A DNA stretch of 63,959 nucleotides, filler included, from Collodictyon triciliatum (Eukaryota), in the NCBI GenBank assembly GCA_043381765.1. It is 4 parts of 4 records of this genome, joined end to end, with 100 filler letters (N's around TTAATTAATTAA, not from the genome) between each part and the next. Parts side by side here need not be neighbours in the genome. Positions count along the whole stretch, not along the records: positions 22,613 to 45,107 come from JBHJMP010001147.1; 3 more parts are not named here. One strand, 5' to 3'. This document shows, in pieces, positions 25,312 to 38,400 of this stretch. The notes beneath the pieces were generated by a model. That model did not search any database. It had not been told where the DNA came from and saw only the letters and a program-made list of their open reading frames with translations. A program made the position numbers and the translations under genes. How positions within the stretch are numbered: position 1 is the first letter of the stretch; each line of letters begins with the position of its first letter.

Positions 25312-28300
25312 GGGTGGTTCTCTAACACAAACCCAGGAGTCGACTTCAAAGGAATCCACCGTTCATCAAAGCCAAGTCGGCTCTGTTGTCAGATTTTCCT
25401 CTCCAAACGAAGCCAGAAATCCGACAAATAAATATGTAATAAAGTACTATATGGAATATAAATTATCATGTATGCAAACAAGATAACGAGATTCAAAGAT
25501 ACCACAAAATAAACAAGTAAGGTTCTTAACCAGCTCACACAAAGTTTCTTGCACCAAAAGTTACTGACGTATTTTAAAAGGTTGATACTAGTGCTATGAA
25601 CGAAGGGACAACTCTTCGCTGGCCACCCCTCCAAGAATATGACATGGACGCTACATTACAGCGCTTTGAGTCATTTGCATCGACAGACGTTGATAAGCCG
25701 TTCTTTTCGCAGGATGTCATCCCACATTCCCATCTTGCGTCGTTGAGCGAGCCAAACAAAGGCTATGACTCACACAATTCTACAACGTACTCACACACAT
25801 CATCCTTTGAAGTTGATGAAGCCCTTATGTCCGCTCGTCTGAGTGAGGAGATCAAGGAACTCATTAAAGAGCGCATCTCTTTGTTGAATGAAAAAGAGGA
25901 CTTATCCAAAGAAATACTCGAACTGAAGCAAAAAAGACACGAAATGCATCTTCTGACCGGCCCTGAGAATACTATTCGGACAGAGTTGGAAAAATTGCAG
26001 TCAGACCATTCGCGCTTGAAGATTAACTATGAAAAAATTCGCATCGAATATGGGCTTTTGATAGAAGATAGACAAGAGGTGAGAGGAGAACGACCGTCGC
26101 CCAAAAGTCTATTTCATCTACCCTAAATGTTTTCTTTTTTGTACAGAATGAAAGTACTCGTGCAAGCATAGGAGGTAAATCTGGAGCACATACACCAACA
26201 TCGCTTGTAGAAATCAATGATTTGAGAACGAAGCTGAAATTAGCAGAAGAAAAATTATCTCACTTGGAAAAATATGATAGCCATTCCAATCCCAGTATCC
26301 AGATGCACCCAACCATGAAATCGACTGCCGATATTAGTAAATGGTATGTCCGAAATACGATTCATATTTAACTATGATGTTTTTTTTTTTTGAGTGCGTA
26401 TTAGGCTGTAATATTACACTTATCGTGATACATTATCATGTTTTGAAATGACACACATTTCAAACACTAAAACGGCACCTTAATGAGAAAAGAAGAAAAA
26501 TGCAATGCACTATCTTAGGAAATCAAAATATATTAGTATAAAAAAGAATACACGCAAATCCACTCACATTTCGTGATATTTTTCATATTCAACCTATGAA
26601 GGCTCTCCCAGGTGGTCACCTCTTTGCAATATGTGCAGGACACAGCCAATTCTCAAATCAGTGGGTTGCGTGAGTTAAATGCTAAAGTAGGTTAAAGTTT
26701 CAATCCGTTTGACTGGCACCAATAATTTTGTCATGCCTCCTATATCTCTCTTATTTTTATTCTTATGTTTTTTATCTTTCGTTATGAGCAGCCCTTCAAT
26801 ATTTACCACTAACATATTCACTTACTGAAAGCTAAGTAATTGTACGACCTTCTGCAATAACCTTTATAAATTACTTGTGAAGAGCAAAGGAACGCCGAGT
26901 GATTCCGACCATTTGATCTCTGGTGTTCTCGTTGCTTTGGAAAATATTCAGTTGAGATCTTTGAAGTCATCGAATATGTGTCGCGATATTTTACAAGCAT
27001 CTATGGAGGAGGTTGGCTTTATCGCAATATTAAATTTCAGTTCATTTTTGTCGTTGCGAAGCTATTAATGCGGGTTCCATAATTAGGTCGGTAGAGAGGA
27101 TACAATCACATCTGCGACATTGACAATGTAAATAGGCATTTATTTACAAACTCGAAATTTTTCACTCACTAAGTAACCATTTTTATCCTTTAAAATTAGC
27201 AGTGCACCATCATACAAAGAGGCCAAACCCAAACGAACACAGGTTTTTTTTTTATATTCTCTTATAAAAAAAATTAGGCTGATATATTGTAATCTCAGTT
27301 ACCAAAAGGGTACTGACATGTCTTGCCATCCTCCTTTTCATTTACTCTATATACAATCAAAATGATTTATTGATTAACACATTTTCTCTAGATTCAATCA
27401 CAGCCAGTGAGCGATAAGGAAAACCAGCATAAAAGTACGAGTAATATGCTCATACATCTTCTTGCACAAAAGTTGAAAGGAAGAATAAAAAAAAATGCTC
27501 ATACATCTTCTATGATTCAAATTTCACTTTGGATATTATAGACCTGTTTTTCTTTTCTTTTCGAAAGTTCAATTAAGTCCATTCTTTTCCCTTCGTCATG
27601 GCCTCCACTAATTGTGAAAACTAAAAAGTAGGCAGCGGCATGTTTCCAGAGCAGTTGTATGAAACTTGTAACCAATTATCTCTACGTTTACGACTGTTTT
27701 TTCAGAGATTGGAGGAAAACTTCACAAAAATTCCTGTGTTTCTTCAAGAGATGGAGTCAGGAATAACAAACACTGTCAAGACACTCGACAGACAACTGCA
27801 TGAATGTAGTAGACAATCTGAGACGAACTTTGGCGCAGATGGGAAATCGGCCTATTCAACCATTCCAAGGCACAACGAAACTTTTGATCAAGGTTTTCCA
27901 ACGCCTCCTAGTTCTCCACTCATGGGAAAAGGGACCCAATACAACGTTACGATGGTTGGAATCCAGAGAACGAGAGGTATGGATGGGCATTTTTGTTTAC
28001 ATAACTTGTGAAAAATAAACTACCAAATTTCTTTAAAAGGCGCAGTTTATGATGATGCCTTTCTAAATCTTGTAAATTGTGCTTCTAGACGCATCCCTAT
28101 CTCCCGCTCGCCAAAGAAACTATGGTTTTGAAACAGACCCATCTCCACGAACAAGTTTATATCTGTTTTACATTTGATTTATGCGCACATATAATGCAAC
28201 ATCTTTGATATGATGTTTATATTTTAATCGTTTCCTTCACTTTCATATACACCTGTAATCCCAGAAAGAAGCTTGGGCTCTACATCTACATCACCGAGTA

Positions 28301-31300
28301 ATACGCTGTCAACAAGTTCCATAAATGAGGTGATTCATAAGAATTACCCTGTTTTATACATCGTGTTGCCTGTTTTCTTCCCTATCTCACTCAATTAGAA
28401 ACCCAGCCACGTCTTTTTCGAGTACAATGCGATACCTGATTATCCTTATATAATCGAAATTCACCACGTGATCTCCTAACTCTCAATTAAACAATAAATT
28501 CCACGAATCACTTTCGTCAATCAAGCTGAGTCGAGTCCTGACAACCGTTAGAGATTACATATTGCTTCCGAGAGGTGAAACTCAGGGGCTTCTCATTCCC
28601 CAACCCAACACAATAGCCACCTTATTAGAGCGCTCATTAGAGATATTGCACGGTATAAAACTATCTCATACTCTTTTAATTATGGCGCTCCCTTTTTATT
28701 GTATTTTTCTTTATTACAAATAATACAGTCATTCAGTCCAGATACTCCTATCTCGTTCTTTTTGAAGTTTACTATTTATTGCTATTTATTATTATTCCGT
28801 TGTAAACAGATGAGTCTATATCAAAAGTTGTCAAGGATTACGAGTTGTGTTCTAAAGAATTGGTGTCAACAAGGTATTTGTATAAGCACGAATATTGATT
28901 TTAATCATATGAGGAATCTCATTAAAATTAAGTACCACCCGATTACTTACTTTTTCATATGCATTTTTTAAACAGAGAATTATTGAGCAAACAATCAGTA
29001 TCATACGAGAAGACTATTGCTGCGCTAGAGGCCAAATGTGATGGCTTGTCAAACAAGGAGAAGAGTTTTGATGCACAAGTGAATGAATTGCAAGAGGGAA
29101 TGGAAAGACTAAGATCGGAATGCAGTCAACTGATTCGCTTCTTTGATGCCTCTCAAACTGAGAAAGGTTGAGTTCTTTAGTTTTTTTTCCGCACTATTTC
29201 TTCTACCCTCCACTCATCTAAACTGTTTCAGTGTTCATGCAGTTTCTATTCGAATATGCGACATATGCGTGAAAACATATTTCATATTTTTGAAGAAACT
29301 TTGCATATACTCACATATACTCAATATCCTGGGTATGCATGGCACAGAGGCACTGCAGGAAACAATCAATCAATTAAAGGAAAATATAAGAGCCCTGGAA
29401 GAAAATGTATGAATAATTTGGCGTTTGCCTTTTCTTTCTGTTTTCTTGATGTTTCATCTCGTTTCATGAAATAATGCCTGAACCACGACGATAGTGGAAT
29501 TAAAATGATACACCAAGTGTCTGTGATTATTTTTTTTCTCTGAGAAGGCATCACTCCCGCATGACATTTTGGATTCGCTCAGTTTGATTCATTTTGATGA
29601 TATGATACCTTCAATTCAGAAGGTTCATTTCAAGAATATAGATAGACAAATGAATAATGTGGCAATATCAAAATGTATAGTTTATCGCTGAATTTTCTTA
29701 TTATTCAAACAAACACTATTTTCTTAACTTTCAAACTAAAGTTTACTCACTATTCAACTGACAATAGATAAAACACGACCTTTTGATTGCATCGTCCGAC
29801 AATACCTGGAAGACACAAATTGCTGAAATGATTTCTGTGGTCGGGCAGATGAAGGATATGTATTACTCGGAAAAGAATGACATGAATCAGCTCCTCTCGT
29901 CAAATGACATAAAGAGGTTTCTTGAAGAGAATATAATCGTCGATGAGATAAAAGCATTAGCTTGGAATGTCATTTTGAGGCCATCCCTTCCTTTTGTATC
30001 ACTAACATTTATTTGCATTACTTTCCTTCTAAAGCCACGAGATAGGTCAGCTGAAGGAGGAGCTTGAAGCAAAAAAGAAGGAGAATGAACAACTCCTCCA
30101 TCACATCCAGATAATAATTCAAGAAAAGTCCTCGACATCACAAGGACACGACCAACAAATCGGTATGAGGAAATAGAAAATTAAAACATGAATACGAAAA
30201 CAACAATAATAATACTATCTTATAATTCACATGATTATATTATAGACTTTTTTTATCACTCTACAAAGCACAAACAAGAATTACGCAATTTTCAACGGTA
30301 ATCGTTCATTTCCTCAATGCTCCTTTTTTTTTTTTTTTTTCCATTAGCCATGCTATCAAACCAGTGTCGTTCGCTGATTGTGGAGATGGATAAGCTGAGC
30401 AATGAGGTTCATCAGTCTAGGTCAACTTGTTCCATTTATGAAGTCGAGTGTTCAGAACTACGGAAAGCTAGAGCCGAAGACCATGATATCTATTTAAAAC
30501 TACTCTCAAAGATACAACAAGTTGTGGATACATCCAACCGGGAGAAAATAGACATAGAATCAGTAAAAATAATAATGATAATAATTCTGAATCTATCCAC
30601 GAAAAATTACAAAGTCTACATTTTAAAATATTATCTTGGGAAGTGAATAATACTCTTGTGTCGTAGGTTCTTCGATTCTTAAAGGCGGGACTTAAGAGGA
30701 ACACACGACCGCACGGAATCGATTTGATGAGTCTCAATATTGACCCCATTCTGGCCAACTTATCCACCGCGCTATTAGATTGCAACCATATGAGGTGGAA
30801 ATTAGAGGAAGATAAACGAATAACCATGGCTGCCCTCAACGAAGTCTCTTCACACTACCGATTATTGGTAACAGTCCTTTTGCATTCACAACCAATATAA
30901 TAATACGGTCTCTCTAACCAACCCACATCAAAATCGCCAGAAAGCTGAATCAGATGCGCAAAAATCTACAATTATTCAATTGCAAAATGTAAGCACAACT
31001 CCATTTCTATTCCCTGAATGATGATATGTAAAGCAATCTCTTCCATATTATCAGTTTCTACCACTCAAATTATTATCAGAAAAGAAAAGGATAGAAAAGA
31101 AACACTCGAATCAACAGGAAACATTTGCTTTTCCATATGTGAGACATTACACTAGACCATATCTCATCACCATACAAATCACTCTCATTAAACCCCCGTC
31201 CAGACGGTGGAGTCCGGCCGACTCACAGCCAGGTCAGCCAACCAGTTAAGCCAAGAGGCGCTCCATCGGGTGACTTCGCTCCAGGACGAACTCAACGACA

Positions 31301-32322
31301 AAATGACAAACCTCATGACCATGACCCACCAGCGCCAGAAACTGGAATCCCAAATTGCCACCTGGGACAGACCCTCACAGCCACGCGAGCCAACTTGGGC
31401 AAGAGCAGACGCCTCAAGGTATTCATCCGAGGCAGACCTCCCCTTGAGCGCCGCAGAAAGAGAGCCGCACGGCACAAGAAGCCACTCCGAGTCTGCATCT
31501 CCCGAGCGCAGCGGTCTTCTCACGGAACTGCAGCGATTGCAGGACCTGCTTCGCTCTCGACAGGACCCGCAACCAGGGCAGATGCCTCTTGCAAAACCAC
31601 CCACAAATGACAATCACAATCACAATCAAAATCACAATCGCCACCGCGTCCTGCAGGCACAGGTTGAGCTCTTGCAGCTGGAAAACCGCAATCTGCAGGA
31701 GCGCATCCACACGGAGACGCAGCAACGCCGCCCATCGCCGCCCATCCCACCGCCTCAAAAGCCCGGGTTTCTCGAACAGAAGGCTGTGAGCCCAACATTC
31801 ATCCACACGAGCGCCGCAGCGTCATCCTTCAGCTCTGCAAGCCAGTCCGACACAAGCGTTGACATCGTCCCACGCAGAGAAACTCATCAGCCCAGCACAG
31901 TCTCTTTGCGAAGGCCGGCATCTGCATCTGCATCTGCATCTGCAGAGGACACGCACCAAGGCATCCCATCAACGCACTCGCGCTCGCCCTTCTCTCAGGC
32001 TGCGGCGCGCCAGAGACACGCTTATCATTCTTATCAGAATCAGCAACCTACGAGCCCAGTCATGCATGTGCAGCGATACGCGTCCCACCACGAGGGCCCT
32101 GCCTCGAATCAGGCCGTGCGAATGGGCTCGAATCCTCCTGTCCGCCCTGCTTTGCCTCTGGACTCTGCCTCGCTTGGCCGGCCGTCTGCTGTATCGCCTC
32201 ACATTGCGTCCTTGCATCGGGCTGATGGATTCGGTCTGCCAAAGACTCACGCAGCGTCCTTGCAGCAGCTGCAGGCCCTGCGTGACCGTCTGCAGTACTT
32301 CACAGAGAGGAATCCCCGGTAA
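25312..32322 (+). CDS. Large multi-exon coiled-coil protein of unknown function (5' partial; may continue the SPRY gene across the gap)
   Basis: A series of GT-AG-bounded exons with heptad character (LSEEIKELIKERISLLNEKEDLSKEILELKQK; YEKTIAALEAKCDGLSNKEKSFDAQVNELQ; LQAQVELLQLENRNLQERI). The GC-rich terminal exon ~31204-32322 ends in TAA. Only the first junctions were phase-checked. Confidence 0.65.
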
Positions 32323-32780
32323 GGAGATGCGGCATAGAAAGAGAAGCACGGTTGATGAGGATGATGGGGTTCCGTTGGCGAGTGAGTGAATTGGCTTTGT
32401 GGGTTTGGCCCATCCCCATTTCCATGTCATCTTGTCTCTCTGTGACCTCCTGTGCCGTGGATGAGGCGATGCAGCCTTGGCTTTGTCTTATCTTTTTCTC
32501 TCTCTTTTTTTCTTCTGTAAATTAAGTTATCAGTCGAGGAGAAATAAAGACTCTTGAATAACACTGCTTCTTTTCTTTTCTTTCTGCTGATTTTGTTCTT
32601 CGATTTCCTTGATAGCTTTTTGGCTAGAGTCAATGCAATTTTTTCGCTACTGCATACAAGCTCAGGCACGAAGTTATGGTTGTTGGTGGGGAGGAAAAAT
32701 TCAGAGTTTGTTGTGTGCTTTGGCAAATGTAGGCCATCTTTTCATTCTGTTGAGCCGCACCCTGAGGCGTTTGCCAGCGC

Positions 32781-34648
32781 TTATAATGGTCGGCAGTAAG
32801 GGCCAGGAACTTCCCCAAGTAAGGTGGTCTGTCCTTGAGGCCCCTCGCAGTTGCGGCGGTGGGTCTGTAACAAACACCTTTCAGACTTCACTATGCTATT
32901 ATTTCCAGTTCTGCTCTTGCAAACAATCGTAGTATATTTGCACAATGCGTACCTGAGGACCAATCTTTGGTTGCTTTCCATCCTTAAGCTGCTTCAACAC
33001 ATTCACTGCGCTTTCTCCGGTCAAATCTTCCTGCATTTGCAGAGACAGGTTGATATTTCAAACTTAATGTAGCGAACTTATGAAATAGTCATGTGATAAA
33101 TGGATATCGCAGATAGAGTAATACACATACGAAAAAGTCGTCGTTAATTTGCATCATTGGTGCATTCACGCAAGCTCCGAGGCACTCAACTTCGGATAGA
33201 GTGAAAAGGCCGTCTTTGGTTGTCTCTAGACGAAAAAAAGAGTGAGTGCAGGCACGCATGGTGGTGCTGTTTCTGGTAGATGAGAATAAAGGGAGCAGAG
33301 GGTATTCATACAAGGGCAGCCCTGTGGAAATAGAAAATGACCGTGGGTAAGAAAAAAAAAACCTCCATAGTGAACTCCAAAAGCCTTTTGAATGGCAGTT
33401 TCGATCTCTTTGCTTCCTCGCAACATGCAGGGAGTGGTTGTGCACAGTTGAACGTGATATTTCCCAATAGGCGCACTATGGCGCAAGAGTGATGAAATAT
33501 TTACACATGTGAATGATAAAAGCAGCGAACAGACAGTAATATGCGACATAATCCAAATGAAATGTGGGTTTTGTAAAAGTCAGTTAAAATGATAAGGCCG
33601 TATTCCTATTCTGGCTTGACTTTATAAATACATATCACTATTTTTTGAATATGTAATACAGTGCATCCAAATCATCACCCGTATAATATATAAGAAAATT
33701 ATCAAGTTAATCATAGTTATCTACAAACCGGTTGAACATGGTATAGAAGGTTGCGACCTCATAGACTTTGATGGGCGGGATTTCAAGGATAGTAGCAATA
33801 TGATTCATGGCAGCAAGAGAAACCCAGCCATTATTTTGGCGCTGGGCCAAGTGCAGCAGTGGAATGGTTGCACTGCGTTTATAATGGTCTGGGTATTTGC
33901 TGAGAATATGCTTGACCTTCTCATAGTTTTCTTCGTTAAACTCAAACGGCGTATCCTCGTTGTTGTATTCTGTGTTGCGGTGCTATATTCACAAATACGT
34001 CATAAGGTGGATAATTATTTTTATTTGGTTTCGGTGATAAACTACTATCGATTGATTTTGCTTCTCGATCTTTTAGTTATGACAGAAGGCACACGTTTTT
34101 TATTCTATTTTTTTTACTTGGATAGAGCAAACCAGGGTTATGTATTTGTAATACTAAAGAAATATACGGAGCACATACGTTGTTCAAAGCAGCAGAACCG
34201 CCGAGACGAACGTTGGAAGAGGCGATTCCGCGGGTCTAGTTGAGCATGTTTTTTTATTTATTTATTTATTTATTTTTTGTCAGTGAAAAAAAACAACCTT
34301 TTGGTCGCAGCTCAAAGTAAACTAAGAAAAAGAGAAAACGAAATGTTGGTTGTCAAGGATGTGGCGAATCCGAAAGTCAAGAAAGGTCGCAAGAAAAGGA
34401 GAGATATGGTGGGACGCAGAAGAGGAGTTCTTTTGTTACAAAACTGGGCGACACAAAGATCAACGGGTTGAGAATATTCTGGAGACAGAAACTGCTTGTG
34501 TAGAAAGGAGCCCTTTTTTTTTTTTTTTTTCTCTTTTCTTTTTTTTTTTTTTTTTTTTTTCGAGGTGACTTTCCCATGTTGATCGACTCACCAGAACGCC
34601 CGTCGCCTTGGTTGAAGACAGAATTGAGGAAGCGAAGCGGCTCAACAT
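32781..34648 (-). CDS. NDUFV2: NADH dehydrogenase 24-kDa subunit (NuoE), mitochondrial precursor, 7 exons
   Basis: Spliced [53 protein letters not shown]...[14 protein letters not shown]...[33 protein letters not shown]...|[23 protein letters not shown]. The four 2Fe-2S cysteines are present and the N-terminus resembles a presequence. Confidence 0.95.
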
Positions 34649-35497
34649 GTTCTTTGTCCTACACAACTATTACTTTGAAAGTTGCTCCTTGCTTCAAAGC
34701 AGCAGTCTTTTCCACCCGTCTGCTGCGCTCCATAACGTTTGATTCGCCTGCTTCTTTATCGTGGGCGACAACTTTTGGCTGCTTCGATTTTGATGATTTC
34801 TGCAGGGTGATCAAATACCAATTCTGGAGGTAGAAGGCTGCAAAAGCCTGATGCGGCCATTGATTTCAACAATCCTTTTTTGTCTGATGAACCCATAAGT
34901 TAAAAATATTTTCCGCAAAAGGACATGGTGTGGGTAAGACTTTCTTGCGGTAAAATCATTTTCCCTTCAAGCACTATTCATGCGTCCCGTCACACAAATC
35001 AAATCAAATCAAATCAAATCAAATCACACAAATCAAATCAAATCAAATCACATCGCGTCATGGTTTTCCAAACACACAACTTCCGGGCAAACTCTTCGCT
35101 GAGACTGTCAAGGCTGGCATTTCGCAAAAAACGGATCAGAAGAACAAGAATGAATGGGATGGTGAAGTACGGTGACTGAAACATGTGGGTTCGGCTTTGA
35201 AACCGAACACTCGAACTTACGCCAAATAGAAATAAAAAAGAGAGAGAAATTAAAAAAAAAAAAGAGAAAAGAAAGACAAGTGTGGTATTAATACCTAAAT
35301 AATATAGAGGTATTAATACCACAACAAGACTGTGATCGTCTTGTGCCAACCGTTTCGAAAAGTGTTAGAGGTGTGCTGATTGCAGCCGATCGCTTTGTTG
35401 GCCTCGAGACTTTAGCAGCCCGTATATTTCTCTGCATTATTGTATTTATTCGTCTACTTTTTTTTTCTCTCTCTCTCCTTGCAAGCACCAAGAAATC

Positions 35498-38400
35498 ATG
35501 GCCGACCAACCAGGTAAGACCTCAAACATCACTCACTACATAAATGATTGTGAATACCTCTTTGTTCATCGCTAGTAATTCTGAAATGCTCTCACATAGT
35601 TTCTTTTATTGTAGCCGAAGCTGTGCCGGAAGTCAAACCCGATCCACGCGACATTCTTCAAACTAAAGTAACACCACAAACCAGTATTATTGTTCCTCTG
35701 TTTTTTTTTTATCACCTTTTGATTCGTCGCCTTGTCACTTCCCTCTTTAACCGTATATTTTTCCTCGGCATCTTTATCATTTCACAGACTTTTACGGCGT
35801 GGGCGAATTCTCACCTGATCAAAAAAGAAAAGTCAATCCAAGTGTTGACTGAAGATCTAAAAGACGGACTTCTTTTCATCTCTCTTGTTGAGGTTCTTCA
35901 AGGAAAAGACTTTCCTGAGAAATATGAAAAGGTTTGCAAGTTTGTTTCATCCGCTCCCAATTTTTTTCTCCTCTTTGGCTTGTGTAAAATACTTTGTGTT
36001 GCACGGTGTTTGAAGAAAAATTAAGGACACCATTTATAATAGACTGCAAATCGCCGTGTCGAGAGACTGTCTAATGCCCAGGCATTCTTGAAGCATCTGG
36101 AAAAAATCCATATTCGTCTTGTTGGTGTAAACCCTGACGGTATTTTTCCATTCAATTTTTTTTTTTAAAAAAAAAAACACGACTCATTTTCTCATTTTAC
36201 TTATGAAATACTCCCACATAAAAGCTGTACGTAGTTAAATCCACATAGTGCATAATTGGTTTAATTATACTTATCCCGACAAGCTATTGTTGATGGAAAC
36301 CGGAAAATGCTTCTCGCAACACTGTGGGCTCTCATTCGTCACTTCCATATTCAAATTGAAACGGCAGATTCTAAGGGCGGAGGTATGTCTGTGCTTCTAT
36401 TTATCCGTGACTAATATGCGATTTTGGATTGATGCATAGATTTATCGCTTTTCTTAATTTGTGATTTGAATTGTAATTATGCTGCATTCATGAATAGATG
36501 GGCCTGTCGTAGAGACTAATGCAGCACGCCTAAAGAAGGAGCTTCTTGAATGGGTTCAACAACAGGTGGCTCCCTACCAAAAAGTTAATGTAACCAACTT
36601 CACCTCGAGGTAATTGAAAAGTATAATGGCAATTGAATTAGGGTTGCTATACAACAACAAAACAAAACAAATAGGTTTCAAATTGAAGAATTTTTTTTCT
36701 TCCTCTCATAGTTTCCAAGATGGGCTGGCCTTCTGCGCATTGGTCGATAGTATAGAACCTGGAATCGTCGGATTTGACTCGCTCGGTGATGTATGGATTC
36801 ATCAGAAACACAAGCTTTCTGACAAATATTTCCAAAAAAATACATATATCAATTTTAATTTAAGTATTGAGGCTTTTTTGTCTTCATGTCGATTTGTCTC
36901 TTTACATATTCATCAATACATACTTTTATGTTTTTATCTAGAGTGTCGCAGAAAATGCAGAAAAGGCCTTTACTATTGCAGAGTCTAACTTGAGCATTCC
37001 CCGACTTTTGTACTCGAGTGATATTGCGGAGGGCAACATAGACGAACAAAGTATTATGACTTATGTGTCTTACTTCCGTAACGCCAAGGTTCAATTTTTT
37101 TTTAAAAAAAAAAACCAAACAAACGAAAATAGCCATCAATAGACGAAGGAAATCTTATGAACAGAAATCCTTTCAGTAAATTGTGCCACGGTTGTTACTT
37201 GTATCACTAGATCGCCCTGATCAAGAAGCGTGAGCTAATGGGGCACTTGGACCAAGAGAGAGCATCCAAGTAGAGCATATCATACTTTAGATACTCATGT
37301 GATTAAATTGCCACTTTCATTGTCATATTTCCCACTAAATTCGGTTTATTTATTCTTAAATATATAAATAAAAAGGGAAAAACTGAATAAAGCCGTTGAA
37401 GACCAAGCTGGCCGTATCAAGGAACTTGAAGATGAGCTGGCGCGACTTCGTGAAGAGTGTGAAACTTATAAAGCTGAGTCTACAGAAACGATTGCATCCT
37501 TGAATTCTTCAATAGCCAAAGAGCAAACTGAGAAGTATGTCCAAATTAATATATTATCAATTATGCACCTAATTCAACTTCACTTTGGAAAAAAGAACCG
37601 TCATTATTTTTGCCTTTTTTTTTTCTTACTTTCTTTTGTTTTTGTTTTTGTTTTTGTTTTTGTTTTTGTTTTTGTTTTTGTTTTTGTTTTTGTTTTTGTT
37701 TTTGTTTTTCCATAGACAACAATTTCTCCAAACCCTTACTGAGAAAGAAGCGAAGGTTGTAAATCTTGAAGATGAGTTGGCCCGACTTCGTGCAGAGTCT
37801 GAAACTTATAAAGTTGAGTCTACAGAAGCGATTGCATCCTTGAATTCTTCAATAGCCAAAGAGCAAACTGAAAAGTATGTCCAAATTAATATATTATCAA
37901 GTATGCACTTAATTCAACTTCGTTTTGGAACCAAGCCATTTACTTGTAGTTGACCTTTCTTTCGTACAGGCAACAACTATTTCATAAGATGGCTGAAAAG
38001 GAAGCGAAGATTGTCAGCCTCGAAGAAGAACATGAGAAGCTTCGACGAGAGTCAGTTTCGTTTAAAGAGCAGACCAGCGAGAATATCAGCAACCTTCAAG
38101 GTCAAATTCAAAGCCTCTCAAAGCAAAGAGATGAAGCATCCGCCAAAATTATTGTCCTGGAAGGAGACAAAGAGAAGCTCACTAATGACTCGTCCTATCT
38201 GAGGCAGACAGTTGAGCAACTAACAAAGCAGAATGAAGTTGCCTCAGGCAAGATATCTTCACTGGAAGATCAGAAAGAAAAACTCACGCATGAGTCTGCC
38301 ACATTCAAGGCGAATCTGGAGAAGACATCAAATGAACTGTTGGTTGTCCAAGAGCAGAAAAAAGCGTCAGAAAGTCAGGCTGCATCTTTGGAGCAAGAGT

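Noticed and set aside
34790-34852. TGATGA...CTGA as a possible C/D snoRNA
   Set aside because: No terminal stem or recognisable rRNA guide; such motifs are expected by chance.
35185-35210. Hairpin GTTCGG...CCGAAC in the divergent NDUFV2/CH-gene intergenic region, suggesting a tRNA
   Set aside because: Only a 6-bp stem; no cloverleaf, acceptor stem or box A/B arrangement.
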